In this document: positions 1 through 10,279 of the stretch, piece after piece
Layout of the letters: every line of letters starts with the position of its first letter
Position numbering within the stretch: the stretch's first letter is position 1
Assembly (NCBI GenBank): GCA_050949315.1
Contig: JBMNFL010000001.1
Location: 800,001 to 864,000, forward strand
Direction of reading: 5' to 3'
DNA: 64,000 nt
Source of the DNA: Bacilli bacterium
Lineage (GTDB): Bacteria; Bacillota_I; Bacilli_A; RFN20; UBA1709
Made by a program: the position numbers and the translations under genes
The notes under the pieces: generated by a model
The model's input: the letters and a program-made list of their open reading frames with translations, nothing else
Databases searched by the model: none
Told to the model about the DNA's origin: nothing

Positions 1-992
1 TTATTTCAGGAATTTCTACAGGTATGATGTCAACCATGGTTCCTGTTGTTTTGATTTCTATTGCAATTCTTGTGGCCTATTTTGTTAGCGGTGGCGTCGC
101 AACACCGACAGCCGGTGTCTATGGTATTGCTTTAGCGGCTGTTGGTATGCTTTCAACTACGGGTATTACGATTGCTGTTGATGCCTATGGTCCAGTTGCC
201 GACAATGCTGGTGGTATTGCTGAAATGAGCGGACAAGATGAGGATGTCCGTGAAATTACTGATAAGTTAGACGCGGTTGGTAATACGACAGCGGCGATGG
301 GTAAAGGCTTTGCTATTGGTAGCGCCGCCTTAACTGCTTTAGCTTTATTTGTTACCTTCATCTTTAGTTTTAATGCGAAAACGCCTGGTGTTGATATTAC
401 TACCAAATTAAATCTAGCCTCGCCCTTTGTTGTTGCCGGCTTATTAATCGGGGGTATGCTTCCTTTCTTATTCTCGGCCTTAACTATGTCTTCTGTTGGC
501 AAGGCCGCCTTTGAAATGATTGAAGAAGTTCGTAGTCAATTTAAAAACGACCCTGGCATTATGGAAGGAACAAGCAAACCCAATTATTCTCGTTGTGTTG
601 ATATTTCCACAAAAGCTGCTTTAAAGGAAATGATTATTCCTGGGCTCTTAGCGATTGTTGTTCCTCTACTCATCGGTGTTTTACTTGGTTATGAGGGTTT
701 AGGTGGTCTTTTAGCAGGCTCCTTAGTCACTGGCGTTTTGTTGGCGATCTTTATGTCCAATGCTGGTGGCGCGTGGGACAACGCCAAGAAACTATTTGAA
801 CAAACCGGTCGTAAAGGAACACCCGCTCATAAAGCCGCGGTTGTCGGTGATACTGTTGGCGATCCCTTTAAAGACACTTCAGGACCATCTATTAATATTC
901 TAATTAAGTTAATGACAATTGTTGCCTTAGTCTTTATACCTTTGTTCTATGCCATTAATGAAGGACAAGGATTACTGAGTTTAATTAAGTAA
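1..992 (+). CDS. hppA: Membrane-bound Na+/H+-translocating pyrophosphatase, K+-dependent type (5' part outside window)
   Basis: [26 protein letters not shown] (Ala = K+-dependent signature), [23 protein letters not shown] motifs. Confidence 0.95.
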   Translation, partial: ISGISTGMMSTMVPVVLISIAILVAYFVSGGVATPTAGVYGIALAAVGMLSTTGITIAVDAYGPVADNAGGIAEMSGQDEDVREITDKLDAVGNTTAAMGKGFAIGSAALTALALFVTFIFSFNAKTPGVDITTKLNLASPFVVAGLLIGGMLPFLFSALTMSSVGKAAFEMIEEVRSQFKNDPGIMEGTSKPNYSRCVDISTKAALKEMIIPGLLAIVVPLLIGVLLGYEGLGGLLAGSLVTGVLLAIFMSNAGGAWDNAKKLFEQTGRKGTPAHKAAVVGDTVGDPFKDTSGPSINILIKLMTIVALVFIPLFYAINEGQGLLSLIK

Positions 993-1000
993 AAAAGAAT

Positions 1001-1046
1001 AAAAAGTACCCAAAATCTAAATTGCAGAAAAGGGTACTTTTTTGTT
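1001..1046 (+). terminator. Rho-independent terminator after hppA
   Basis: aaaaagtaccc...gggtacttttt inverted repeat with T tract. Confidence 0.7.
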
Positions 1047-1049
1047 TCC

Positions 1050-1132
1050 AAAAAAACAACCAATTGAGTGATTACCTTGCTGACCGAAGCCGCCAGTATC
1101 GAACGCCCGAAGCGTTTGTCAATTGGCTGTTT
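1050..1132 (-). ncRNA. Structured small RNA candidate (skipping-rope/DUF3800-class-like)
   Basis: Closing stem aaacagccaattga/tcaattggttgttt, two internal hairpins with cUUCGg-type loops, 3' U tract, GC-rich island in an AT-rich spacer; family name from recall only. Confidence 0.6.
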
Positions 1133-1283
1133 AAGTTACATTACATAACGTCAAGTTTTACCTACTATAAGAGTATATTTGTGTAAAGATTTGAAAAGAT
1201 ATATAATTTTGGCATCAGAGTATATTAAAATGAATTTAAGCCACAAATTAAAAACGTAATCTATTTAGAGGAGGTAGTAGGAA

Positions 1284-1613
1284 ATGGGAAGTAGATGGAA
1301 TGAGACATCAATTAGAGTATTAACCAGTCTTGAATCAATGGCTTTAGCAGTAGAAAGTTTGTTATGGAAGTATCAAATACCTGAAGAAATCGCTGATATG
1401 TTTATGAGTGATTTAGAATCTGTAAAAAAGAGAATTGAAAAAGATAAAGAAGAGGAAGAATGTTTGTCACTTTGGGACAAAAAGAAATTACTAGAGAAGT
1501 TTGCTAACAAAGATAATCTATCAGAAATAGAACAAAAGGCTGTTAATGAGATTATTAATCTAGCTAAGGAAATGCTTATTAAAGAAGCCGAGGCAAACAA
1601 AGAGAAAAAGTGA
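1284..1613 (+). CDS. Hypothetical charged helical protein (109 aa)
   Basis: ORF with ggaggt RBS; no recognisable motif. Confidence 0.65.
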   Translation: MGSRWNETSIRVLTSLESMALAVESLLWKYQIPEEIADMFMSDLESVKKRIEKDKEEEECLSLWDKKKLLEKFANKDNLSEIEQKAVNEIINLAKEMLIKEAEANKEKK

Positions 1614-1636
1614 TAAATTTTTATTGATTAATAAAT

Positions 1637-1715
1637 AAAAAAGGTAAGTGCAGTGACATGATCTGGATTTTACGTGGGAACAAACCCACCACCAGCCGGT
1701 ATTGCACTTATCCAT
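1637..1715 (-). ncRNA. Structured small RNA candidate (drum/DUF3800-class-like)
   Basis: taagtgca/tgcactta outer stem, ctgg/ccag, gtggg-tttgtt-cccac hairpin, 3' U tract, strong promoter directly upstream. Confidence 0.65.
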
Positions 1716-1721
1716 GTGCTT

Positions 1722-1749
1722 ATTATAACAAAATCATAAAAAAAGTCAA
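1722..1749 (-). promoter_or_regulatory. SigA promoter for the small RNA
   Basis: TTGACT-16 nt-TATAAT with extended TGn. Confidence 0.75.
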
Positions 1750-1890
1750 TGTTTTTATAAATAAGAAATCTATTGATAAAACCTAGGGTTTTTACAATTT
1801 TACAAAAATTTTACAAAGGTTTTCAATATTGAAGTAGACTATTGTCTAAAGTATAATAAAAATGTTAAAGTAAAAATGGGTGGTGATGAA

Positions 1891-2300
1891 ATGCCGGCAA
1901 TTAGATTTACTAAAGGTCGTGCGCGAGTGTATCTCAAGGCCATAAATAACTGGAAAAAGAAGACAATGTCCGTTGAGGAATTATCTTTAGAAGTAGGGAT
2001 TTATGAGGATGTTATTCGTGATCAACTCGCTTCTTTTGATCCACTCATTAGAATTATGGTTGATGTTGATGTTATTGCCTTAAAGCCGGAATTAGAAAAA
2101 TATATTGCGGCCAAGACTGTAAAACAAAAACAAGAAGGAAAAAACCTCACCCCAAATATAAAAGTGTGGTGGACTTTGTTTACAGAAATATGACAGTGCC
2201 TGGTGGACTTATCAATTCTGCCGTAAATTTAAGTTTTAACCAATTGAAAGATTTAAAGAAGTTGGTTAACGAAGAATATAAAGCTAAGAAGGAAAAATAA
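1891..2300 (+). pseudogene. Hypothetical protein split by a frameshift in an A tract (about 2120-2145), or a sequencing error
   Basis: ORF 1876-2193 continues in another frame (KPHPKYKSVVDFVYRNMTVPGG...KKEK*) to TAA at 2300, 1 nt before galU. Confidence 0.65.
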
Positions 2301-2301
2301 G

Positions 2302-3186
2302 ATGAAGAAAATCAAAAAGGTTGTTATTCCAGCGGCGGGCTTAGGTACTAGGTTCTTCCCCATTACTAAGTCAATCCCTAAAGAGATGCTTCCGATTATT
2401 GATGTCCCTGTTATTCAAGTTATTATAGATGAAGCCGTAAAAGCTGGCTTAGAAGAAGTGATTATTGTTAATAGTAGGGACAAGAAAGCAACAGAACATT
2501 ATTTCCAAGCGGATGAAGATTTAGAAAAAATGTTGCTCGCCAAGGGGCAGGAAGATTTAGTTAAACTTTTAAAGCAAATAGAAACCAAGGTAAAAATAAC
2601 TTTCACTTATCAAGATAATCCCCAAGGACTAGGGCATGCGGTTTTATGTGCAAAAGAGGCCGTTGGCGATGAGCCCTTTGCTGTTTTGCTTGGTGATGAT
2701 ATTGTGGTCAATTATCAAGGAGAACCAGCTATAAAACAATTGATGCGGGTTTATGAAGAAGTAAATTGTTCAATTGTTGGGGTTCAGGAAGTTGCCAAAG
2801 AAGATGTTAGTAAATATGGCATTGTCAAAGCCTTAAAGATGCAAGGACGTTTATCAGAATTGTGTGATTTGGTTGAGAAACCAGCAATTGAAGAAGCACC
2901 CAGTTGCTTGGCTATCCTAGGTTGCTATATTCTAACACCGAAGATTTTTGAACTTCTCGCTACTCAAGAAAGAGGAGCGGGCAATGAAATCCAGTTGACA
3001 GATGCAATCAAGCGTTTAGTTTCTTTAGAAGGCGTCTACGCCTATAATTTTGAGGGGCAACGTTTTGATGTGGGCGATAAATTAGGTTATGTTATGGCTA
3101 ATATTAATTTTGCCTTACACCGCAAAGAGTATCGCAAACCGCTACTAGCCTACTTAAAAGAAGAGATAGAAAAGGAGACGATTTAA
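2302..3186 (+). CDS. galU: UTP-glucose-1-phosphate uridylyltransferase
   Basis: VIPAAGLGTRFFPITKSIPKEMLP, QGLGHAV, VEKP, EIQLTDA. Confidence 0.95.
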   Translation: MKKIKKVVIPAAGLGTRFFPITKSIPKEMLPIIDVPVIQVIIDEAVKAGLEEVIIVNSRDKKATEHYFQADEDLEKMLLAKGQEDLVKLLKQIETKVKITFTYQDNPQGLGHAVLCAKEAVGDEPFAVLLGDDIVVNYQGEPAIKQLMRVYEEVNCSIVGVQEVAKEDVSKYGIVKALKMQGRLSELCDLVEKPAIEEAPSCLAILGCYILTPKIFELLATQERGAGNEIQLTDAIKRLVSLEGVYAYNFEGQRFDVGDKLGYVMANINFALHRKEYRKPLLAYLKEEIEKETI

Positions 3187-6100
3187 ATGCAGAAGAAGAT
3201 TTACAAGACGATGGATGGCAACGAAGCGGCCGCTTATGCTGCCTATGCTTTTACAGAAGTCGCGGCCATTTATCCGATTACCCCTTCTTCACCAATGGCT
3301 GAGCACATTGATGTCTGGTCGGTCAAGGGGCAAAAAAACATTTTTGGCGACAGAGTCAAAGTTATTGAGATGCAATCTGAAGGTGGTGCAGCCGGCGCTC
3401 TTCATGGAGTCTTACAGGCCGGCGCTTTAGCGACGACTTTTACCGCCTCGCAGGGTCTATTATTAATGATTCCTAACCTTTACAAACTAGTTGGTGAATT
3501 ATTACCAGGAGTTTTTCATGTTTCATCGCGAGCGTTAGCATCTCGCTCTTTATCGATTTTTGGTGATCATCAAGATATTTATGCTTGTCGGCAAACAGGT
3601 GTTAGTATTATCAGTTCTCATTCTGTTCAAGAGGTGGCAGATTTAGCACCCTTAGCCCATTTATTAGCCATCAAGGCTCATTGTCCTGTTATGCATTTCT
3701 TTGATGGTTTTAGAACCTCACATGAGATTCAAAAAATTGAAATACAAGACTATAAGGAATATGCGAAATTATTAGATAAAAAAGCTTTGCGGGCTTTTAG
3801 AGAAAACGCCTTAAATCCGCACACCAATCCCGTTACAAGAGGAACCAATGAAAATGATGACATTTGCTTCCAAGGTAAAGAAGCTGCTAACCTCCATTAT
3901 GATAATGTGTTGAAGGTAGCTGAAGAATACTTTGCCAAGATTTCTAAATTAACGGGGCGTCATTATGCGCCTTTTACTTATTATGGCGATCCAAAGGCAA
4001 CAAGAGTAATTGTGGCTATGGGCTCAGTAACCGAAACCGTTCAGGAAGTTATTGATGAATTACGTTCAACCGGTAATAAAGTTGGATTAGTAAAGGTTCA
4101 TCTGTATCGGCCCTTCTCTATTAAACATTTCTTAAAAGTTTTACCCAAGACTGTTAAAAAGATTGCGGTTTTAAATCGGACTAAAGAAATTGGAGCGATT
4201 GGCGAACCCCTATATTTAGATGTGGTAGCCGCTTTAGCCGATAGTGAAAGAAAGATTAAGGTTATCGGTGGTCGTTATGGTCTTTCCAGTAAAGACACCC
4301 AACCAAGAGCTATTAAAGCAGTTTATGATCATCTTAAAAAGCCCAATCCTTTTAATGGTTTTACTATCAGTATTATTGATGATGTTACCTTTAAATCACT
4401 AAAAGAGGATCCTAACTTTGTGGTTCGCAATTCTTATACCTCTTGTCTTTTTTATGGTATAGGAAGTGATGGGACGGTCTCGGCTAATAAGAATTCAATT
4501 AAGATTATCGGCGACCACACAGATCTATATTCACAAGCTTATTTTGCTTACGATTCTAAGAAAGCTGGTGGGGCGACTAGGAGTAATCTACGCTTTGGTC
4601 GTGAGCCAATCAGATCCACCTATCTTATTCAAAACGCCGATTTTATTTCCTGTTCACTGGATACTTATCTTTTTAAATATGATATGCTCACTAACCTTAA
4701 GGAAGGTGGGACCTTCTTACTTAATACCACCTTTGAAGGAGAAGAGTTAATCAAATATCTTCCTAATAAAGTGAAAAAACTTTTGGCTTTGAAAAAGGCC
4801 AAGTTCTATGTGATTAATGCTACTAAGATTGCTGAAAGCATCGGTATGGGCAATAGAACTAACACCATCTTACAAGCCTCTTTCTTTAAACTTAATCCCA
4901 GTATTCTAGACTTTGATCTAGCCATGGAGTATATGAAAGAAGCGGTAGTTAAAGCCTATGGTAAGAAAGGCCAAGATGTAGTTGAACTTAACTTCTTAGC
5001 CTTAGAAGAGGGTGCGAGAGCTTTAAAAGAAGTAAAGGTTGATCCTAAATGGCAAGAATATGAAGTCCGCAGTCTTAAAGAGGAAGCTAAAGATGAGTAT
5101 TATGATTACTACATTCCAAGTATCGCCTCCTTAGATGGTAATAATTTGCCGGTTTCGGTTTTTACGCGTAATGGCCTTTTAGATGGTACACATAAAAATG
5201 GTGTGTCCTATAATGAAAAACGTTGTACGGCTTCAGAAGTCCCGGTCTGGCTTAAAGAAAATTGTATTCAATGTGGTCGTTGTGTATTTGTTTGTCCACA
5301 CGCCACAATCCGCGCCTTCCTTTTAGATGAGGATGAAGTTGCTAACGCCCCAGATATTGTTAAAAACGATCTGGCCGACGCTTTAGGCGGACCTAGTGTA
5401 AAAGGTTTAAAATACCGTATTCAAATCTCGCCTGAAAACTGTGTTGGTTGTAAATTATGTGTAGTTGAGTGTCTGGGAAAAGTAGGGAAGAAAGCCTTAG
5501 AAATGCGCGATATCAACACACAACTGGAACAAGGTGTTGGGGCGGATTATCTTTATAAAAAAGTAAGTTATAAAACCAATTACTTCCCGACTACTGCCGT
5601 TAAAGGGGTTTCCTTTATGCGGCCATATTTTGAAGTTCCAGGCGCTTGTGCGGGCTGTGGAGAGACGCCTTACTATCGTTTGGTTTCTCAACTTTTTGGT
5701 CCCGATATGCTGATTGCTAACGCAACGGGTTGTTCTTCAATTTATAGTGCCGCCGCACCATCAACGGTCTTCTGTACAGACGAGAATAATGAAGGACCCG
5801 CTTGGGCCAACTCTTTATTTGAAGATAATGCGGAATATGGTTTTGGAATGCGGATGGCAACTAACTTTAAACTCTATGCCATCAGAAGAATAATGTTAGA
5901 AAATCTTGAGAAGTTAGAACCTGAACTCAAGATGTTGGTTGGACGTTATCTAGACAACCAAAGCGATAAAAAAATCGCTCGTGAAGTAAGACCACGCCTG
6001 CTTGAACTAATAGAAAACAGCAGTTGTGAAGGCATTAAAGAGGTTTTAAATTATAAAGAAGACATTGTAGATAAATCCATTTGGATAGTCGGTGGCGATG

Positions 6101-6726
6101 GTTGGGCCTATGATATTGGTTATGGCGGTTTAGATCACGTTTTAGCTAATAGAGAGAATGTTAATATTTTAGTTTTAGATACTGAAGTTTATTCTAACAC
6201 TGGTGGGCAAGCTTCAAAAGCTAGCCAAACAGGAGCGATTGCTAAATTCGCGGCCAGTGGTAAAAAGACCGCTAAAAAAGATTTAGCAGCCCTAGCCATG
6301 TCTTATAAGCACGTCTATGTCGCTCAGGTTGCTATGGGAGCTAATCCTGTACAGGTAATAAAAGCTTTCCGCGAGGCCGAAAGTTATGACGGTCCTTCCA
6401 TCATTGTTGCATATTCACCTTGTATTGAACACGGGATTAAGAGTGGAATGGATAGTCATCAAGAGGTTCAAAGAAAGGCCGTGGCTTGTGGCTACTTCCC
6501 AATCTATCGTTATGATCCCCGAAAAGAAGAACCCTTAGAAATTGACTGCAAAGAACCAGATTATGACACTTTCCGTGATTTTGTTTTAAACGAAACTCGT
6601 TTTAATCAGTTACCAAATGTTAATCCAGAAAACGCAGATGAACTATTAGAAAACTCTAAAAACTATGCTAAGGATCGTTATGACAATTTGGTGAATATAT
6701 TAAACCAACAAAAAAGAAACCGATAG
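3187..6726 (+). CDS. nifJ: Pyruvate:ferredoxin/flavodoxin oxidoreductase
   Basis: YPITPSS, two CxxCxxCxxxC motifs, GACAGCGE, GGDGWAYDIG TPP motif. Confidence 0.96.
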   Translation: MQKKIYKTMDGNEAAAYAAYAFTEVAAIYPITPSSPMAEHIDVWSVKGQKNIFGDRVKVIEMQSEGGAAGALHGVLQAGALATTFTASQGLLLMIPNLYKLVGELLPGVFHVSSRALASRSLSIFGDHQDIYACRQTGVSIISSHSVQEVADLAPLAHLLAIKAHCPVMHFFDGFRTSHEIQKIEIQDYKEYAKLLDKKALRAFRENALNPHTNPVTRGTNENDDICFQGKEAANLHYDNVLKVAEEYFAKISKLTGRHYAPFTYYGDPKATRVIVAMGSVTETVQEVIDELRSTGNKVGLVKVHLYRPFSIKHFLKVLPKTVKKIAVLNRTKEIGAIGEPLYLDVVAALADSERKIKVIGGRYGLSSKDTQPRAIKAVYDHLKKPNPFNGFTISIIDDVTFKSLKEDPNFVVRNSYTSCLFYGIGSDGTVSANKNSIKIIGDHTDLYSQAYFAYDSKKAGGATRSNLRFGREPIRSTYLIQNADFISCSLDTYLFKYDMLTNLKEGGTFLLNTTFEGEELIKYLPNKVKKLLALKKAKFYVINATKIAESIGMGNRTNTILQASFFKLNPSILDFDLAMEYMKEAVVKAYGKKGQDVVELNFLALEEGARALKEVKVDPKWQEYEVRSLKEEAKDEYYDYYIPSIASLDGNNLPVSVFTRNGLLDGTHKNGVSYNEKRCTASEVPVWLKENCIQCGRCVFVCPHATIRAFLLDEDEVANAPDIVKNDLADALGGPSVKGLKYRIQISPENCVGCKLCVVECLGKVGKKALEMRDINTQLEQGVGADYLYKKVSYKTNYFPTTAVKGVSFMRPYFEVPGACAGCGETPYYRLVSQLFGPDMLIANATGCSSIYSAAAPSTVFCTDENNEGPAWANSLFEDNAEYGFGMRMATNFKLYAIRRIMLENLEKLEPELKMLVGRYLDNQSDKKIAREVRPRLLELIENSSCEGIKEVLNYKEDIVDKSIWIVGGDGWAYDIGYGGLDHVLANRENVNILVLDTEVYSNTGGQASKASQTGAIAKFAASGKKTAKKDLAALAMSYKHVYVAQVAMGANPVQVIKAFREAESYDGPSIIVAYSPCIEHGIKSGMDSHQEVQRKAVACGYFPIYRYDPRKEEPLEIDCKEPDYDTFRDFVLNETRFNQLPNVNPENADELLENSKNYAKDRYDNLVNILNQQKRNR

Positions 6727-6750
6727 TAGTGTAGAAATTAATACAACACA

Positions 6751-6790
6751 AAAAAGCCCTATTCAGATTTAATTTGAACGGGGCTTTTTA
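6751..6790. terminator. Bidirectional terminator
   Basis: aaaaagccc...gggcttttt between convergent genes. Confidence 0.75.
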
Positions 6791-6802
6791 TTTATTAGGT
6801 TT

Positions 6803-7819
6803 TTAACTAATTTCTTTTAATAAAGCTTCCACGGCTTTTTCCTTGGTGGCCCAAGAACAGACAAAACGAACTACATGTTTATTATTGGGCTTCTTTTCTT
6901 GGATATTAAAAAGAAATTTCTTTTGTAATTTTGCAATCAATTCATCACTAAGGATTGGGAATATTTGATTAGTTGAGGAAGGATAGGCCATCTCAAGGTT
7001 TTTGGCTAAAAGACCCTTTTGTAATTTCTGTGCCATTTCGTTAGCGTTTCTTGCAAGATCCAAATAAAGGTCATCTTTTAAAAAGGCCTCGAATTGAACA
7101 GCCGCAACAAAACCCTTCGCCGACAAACCACCGCGTTGTTTAATCATAAAACGGAAGTCTTCATTTAGTTTGGGATTAATTATTACTAAGATTTCACCAA
7201 AGAGAAGCCCGTTTTTAGTTCCGCCAAGATAAAAGGCATCACATAATTCGGCTATAGTTACTAGATCAAGATCATTGTCTTCAGCCACTAACGCGTTAGC
7301 TAGACGAGCGCCATCAAGATAGAGAAGAAGTTGATATTTATCGCAGATTTCCCGAATTTTAATCAATTCATCTTTATAATAGATGGTACCAACTTCGGTG
7401 GCACTAGAGATAAAAACCATTTTTGGTTTAACCATATGTTCATCGGTGTGTTCTAGAACTACTTTTTCAATAGTTTCAGCATCTAATTTGCCGTTTGTAG
7501 AGGGGCAAGCGATAATTTTATGACCAGTAGCTTCAATTGCCCCTGTTTCATGTACGGCGATATGACCTGTATCAGGAGAAATAACCGCCTCAAAGGGCCT
7601 TAAAACCGCGGCTATAAAAGTTAAATTAACAATCGTTCCGCCAGGCAGGATATGAGTATGAAGTCGATTATTTTTTGTAAGTTTTCTTATTAGGGTTTGA
7701 ACATTTTTAGAATGTTTATCTAAACCATAACCTTTATTTTGTTCTTTTAAGTTTACAAGAGTCTCTAAGACTTTAGGGTGAGCGCCTTCACTATAGTCAT
7801 TAGCAAAACTATAAATCAT
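6803..7819 (-). CDS. Low-specificity threonine aldolase family (PLP)
   Basis: SFANDYSEGAHP, HETGAIE, LDGARL, GGTKNG. Confidence 0.88.
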   Translation of the reverse strand: MIYSFANDYSEGAHPKVLETLVNLKEQNKGYGLDKHSKNVQTLIRKLTKNNRLHTHILPGGTIVNLTFIAAVLRPFEAVISPDTGHIAVHETGAIEATGHKIIACPSTNGKLDAETIEKVVLEHTDEHMVKPKMVFISSATEVGTIYYKDELIKIREICDKYQLLLYLDGARLANALVAEDNDLDLVTIAELCDAFYLGGTKNGLLFGEILVIINPKLNEDFRFMIKQRGGLSAKGFVAAVQFEAFLKDDLYLDLARNANEMAQKLQKGLLAKNLEMAYPSSTNQIFPILSDELIAKLQKKFLFNIQEKKPNNKHVVRFVCSWATKEKAVEALLKEIS

Positions 7820-7858
7820 AATATCATCTCCGTTAATCATTATAAACTTTAACTTGTT

Positions 7859-10279
7859 TTAGGGCAAAGACTTCTTAATATGCCAACTGTTAATTAAATA
7901 GACAATTAAACTAATACCAATAGTTACCAACAACATCGTTAAGGGAATAGAAGGATCAAGGCTTAATAAGTCGCCATCAATCTCTAACAGTTTTTGAAAA
8001 CTCACATTTACAATTTTAGCTAGAAATAAGAAGGCAAAACTTGCAATAATGGCCGTAAATAAAGCGCGCAACAAAACAAGCGCCAGCATAATCTTATTTA
8101 TATCTTTATTCCTAAATCCCTTATTAGAAAGCAATTCAAATTGCTTTTCATAATCGATAATTTCTAAATAACTCAAGACCAAAATAGAGGCAAAAGCAAT
8201 AATAAGATTAAGCAGAACCAAAAGATAAAAACCCCAATTAATTTTATTTAAAACGGAGTCTAAAGTTGTATAGATTTCATCCAATAGACTATAAATTTCG
8301 TAATCGCTAAAAAGCAATTTTAGGTTTTTAATTGTCTCTTGAATCTTTTGAGAATCGGCCATCAAAAGATAACTTTGAACCTCAAGTTCTTCGGAATTTT
8401 GAAAGTTTTCTTGATAGAAAAAGGAGTACCAAATTGGAAACTGGTAAAGCGAAAAAGTATCTGTATTATCAGCGATTCCTGAAATCGTTAAAGTTAAAGG
8501 AACATCATTATAGATAAGTTCTATTTCTTGACCGACTTCATTTAAATCTAACTGTAATTCTAAAGCCAGTTTTTGGGAAATTATAACTTCCTCGCTCTTG
8601 GGTTGAGGAAGTGAACCAATAAGTAAAGTTGGAAAGTGATAATCAAAATAAACAAGCTCATTTAGTTGGGTTTCATCTTTACGGACAAAGGAACTATTAA
8701 CAAAGTAGAAAAGCCCCTTGTAGTTATTTAACCAAAAATTATTTTCATTAAAATAAATTGGTATAACATCATCAACATAATCACTGAGCTCTTCGGCTTT
8801 AACAATTTTGCTTGAAGCTTTTTTAATAAAACTTGGGTTAGCGTTTTGATTGAAGTAACAGTAATTATTTATCGATAAATATTCTTTTTCTTCAGTGGAT
8901 AAAGTCTTGTCAAAACAGATTTTATAATCTAAATCATCACCTAAAAATTGGTGATTCCAAAGAGGGTTAGAATGTAAAATAGTGAAGTTTGGATAATCGT
9001 AACTTGCTAAAAAATCTTCTATTAGAATTATTTTATCAAGACCATTGCCGCGAATATTAAGGAAGAATTGATTGTTTTCTGCAAACTCAGCAAAGTCATC
9101 TTCGGCTAAGATTTCCATTAGATAGTCCTCACCAAAACCATCGTAAGTAAGGATAATATGATCATCATCTAACAGTCTAGTTGTGGTTACTACTGGACCA
9201 GTAAAGGAAGCCTGATTGACTCCGTTTAAAATAAACTCTTCGTCACTATTATCTTCAAAGGTTAAACTGATTTCAAAGTTTTCCATTAAATTATATGCAT
9301 AATATAAATCTAAATTAGGTAGGTCTATATTTATCTGTGAAACAGTTTCGTAATCAAGATCTTCTAAACTTCGGTTATTACTGAAGTAAATAATATCGGT
9401 ATTATTGGCAGCGTTTATCTGATTTCTAAAGAAAGAGGAAAAACCTGAAGTCAAAGAAAGAGAAAGTCCCAGAAATAGCAGTCCAGTTATAAAAGAACCA
9501 ATAAAAATTGAGGTTTTCCTAGCTTCAGCTTTTAAAAGTTTATTAGCAAAACCTAAAGCCTTGCTAAACTTAATATGGTTTTTTCTTTCGGTAGGAGCGT
9601 AGCTGCTTTGTTCTTTGACGCGCCCTTTATAATTCTTTTTGATTTTTCCATCTTTGATTTCAAGAATATCAGTTGCGTATTTTTTGGCGATTTCTTCATC
9701 GTGAGTCACAAAAATAAAGATTTTATCCTGAGCGATTGAACAGAGATAATTCATGACTAAGCTCGCATTTTCATAATCAAGGGAAGCAGTTGCCTCATCG
9801 GCTAAGATTATTTTGGCGTTTTTATAAATTTCTCTTAAAATACTGACTCTTTGCTTCTCGCCACCTGATAGCTTATTGACTTTTTTAGTCTTTTTGACAT
9901 TGAGATTAAATAAATTCAAATCATAATCGTTGAATTCAAAATCTAATAAATTATTAATTTTAAGATTATTAATAACACTTAGTTTTTCAAAATGAGGGGC
10001 ATTTTGTTTAATATAAATTATTTCATTTTGTTTAAAGTTGGCCAACTCATCAGGAGAGAAGGATTTTAAATCAAAATCATTAAACTGAACAACGCCTTCA
10101 TAGTTTAGATCAAAGCCTGCCAAGATATTTAAAAGGGTGGATTTACCAGAACCTGAAGGCCCAACAATGGCGTAACGATGTGAACTTTCAAAGCGCAGAT
10201 TGAGGTTCTTTAGGATTTTTTGTTCCTGTTCCTTTTGTTTATAACTTTTATTTAACTTTTTAACTTCTAGTCTATTCAT
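7859..10279 (-). CDS. MacB-like ABC ATPase-permease fusion
   Basis: GPSGSGKST, LSGGEKQR, ADEAT, then 1+3 TM FtsX-type layout. Confidence 0.85.
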   Translation of the reverse strand: MNRLEVKKLNKSYKQKEQEQKILKNLNLRFESSHRYAIVGPSGSGKSTLLNILAGFDLNYEGVVQFNDFDLKSFSPDELANFKQNEIIYIKQNAPHFEKLSVINNLKINNLLDFEFNDYDLNLFNLNVKKTKKVNKLSGGEKQRVSILREIYKNAKIILADEATASLDYENASLVMNYLCSIAQDKIFIFVTHDEEIAKKYATDILEIKDGKIKKNYKGRVKEQSSYAPTERKNHIKFSKALGFANKLLKAEARKTSIFIGSFITGLLFLGLSLSLTSGFSSFFRNQINAANNTDIIYFSNNRSLEDLDYETVSQINIDLPNLDLYYAYNLMENFEISLTFEDNSDEEFILNGVNQASFTGPVVTTTRLLDDDHIILTYDGFGEDYLMEILAEDDFAEFAENNQFFLNIRGNGLDKIILIEDFLASYDYPNFTILHSNPLWNHQFLGDDLDYKICFDKTLSTEEKEYLSINNYCYFNQNANPSFIKKASSKIVKAEELSDYVDDVIPIYFNENNFWLNNYKGLFYFVNSSFVRKDETQLNELVYFDYHFPTLLIGSLPQPKSEEVIISQKLALELQLDLNEVGQEIELIYNDVPLTLTISGIADNTDTFSLYQFPIWYSFFYQENFQNSEELEVQSYLLMADSQKIQETIKNLKLLFSDYEIYSLLDEIYTTLDSVLNKINWGFYLLVLLNLIIAFASILVLSYLEIIDYEKQFELLSNKGFRNKDINKIMLALVLLRALFTAIIASFAFLFLAKIVNVSFQKLLEIDGDLLSLDPSIPLTMLLVTIGISLIVYLINSWHIKKSLP

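Noticed and set aside
185-502. Antisense and nested ORFs from the six-frame track (e.g. 185-502, 3215-3430, 28794-29066, 54297-55115, 57591-58178)
   Set aside because: They overlap well-supported genes and have no motifs or RBS; shadow ORFs
1560-1715. Cys/Trp-rich minus-strand peptide MDKCNTGWWWVCSH...
   Set aside because: No RBS, it runs through the U tract and into the opposite gene; the RNA structure explains the sequence better, though leaderless translation is not excluded
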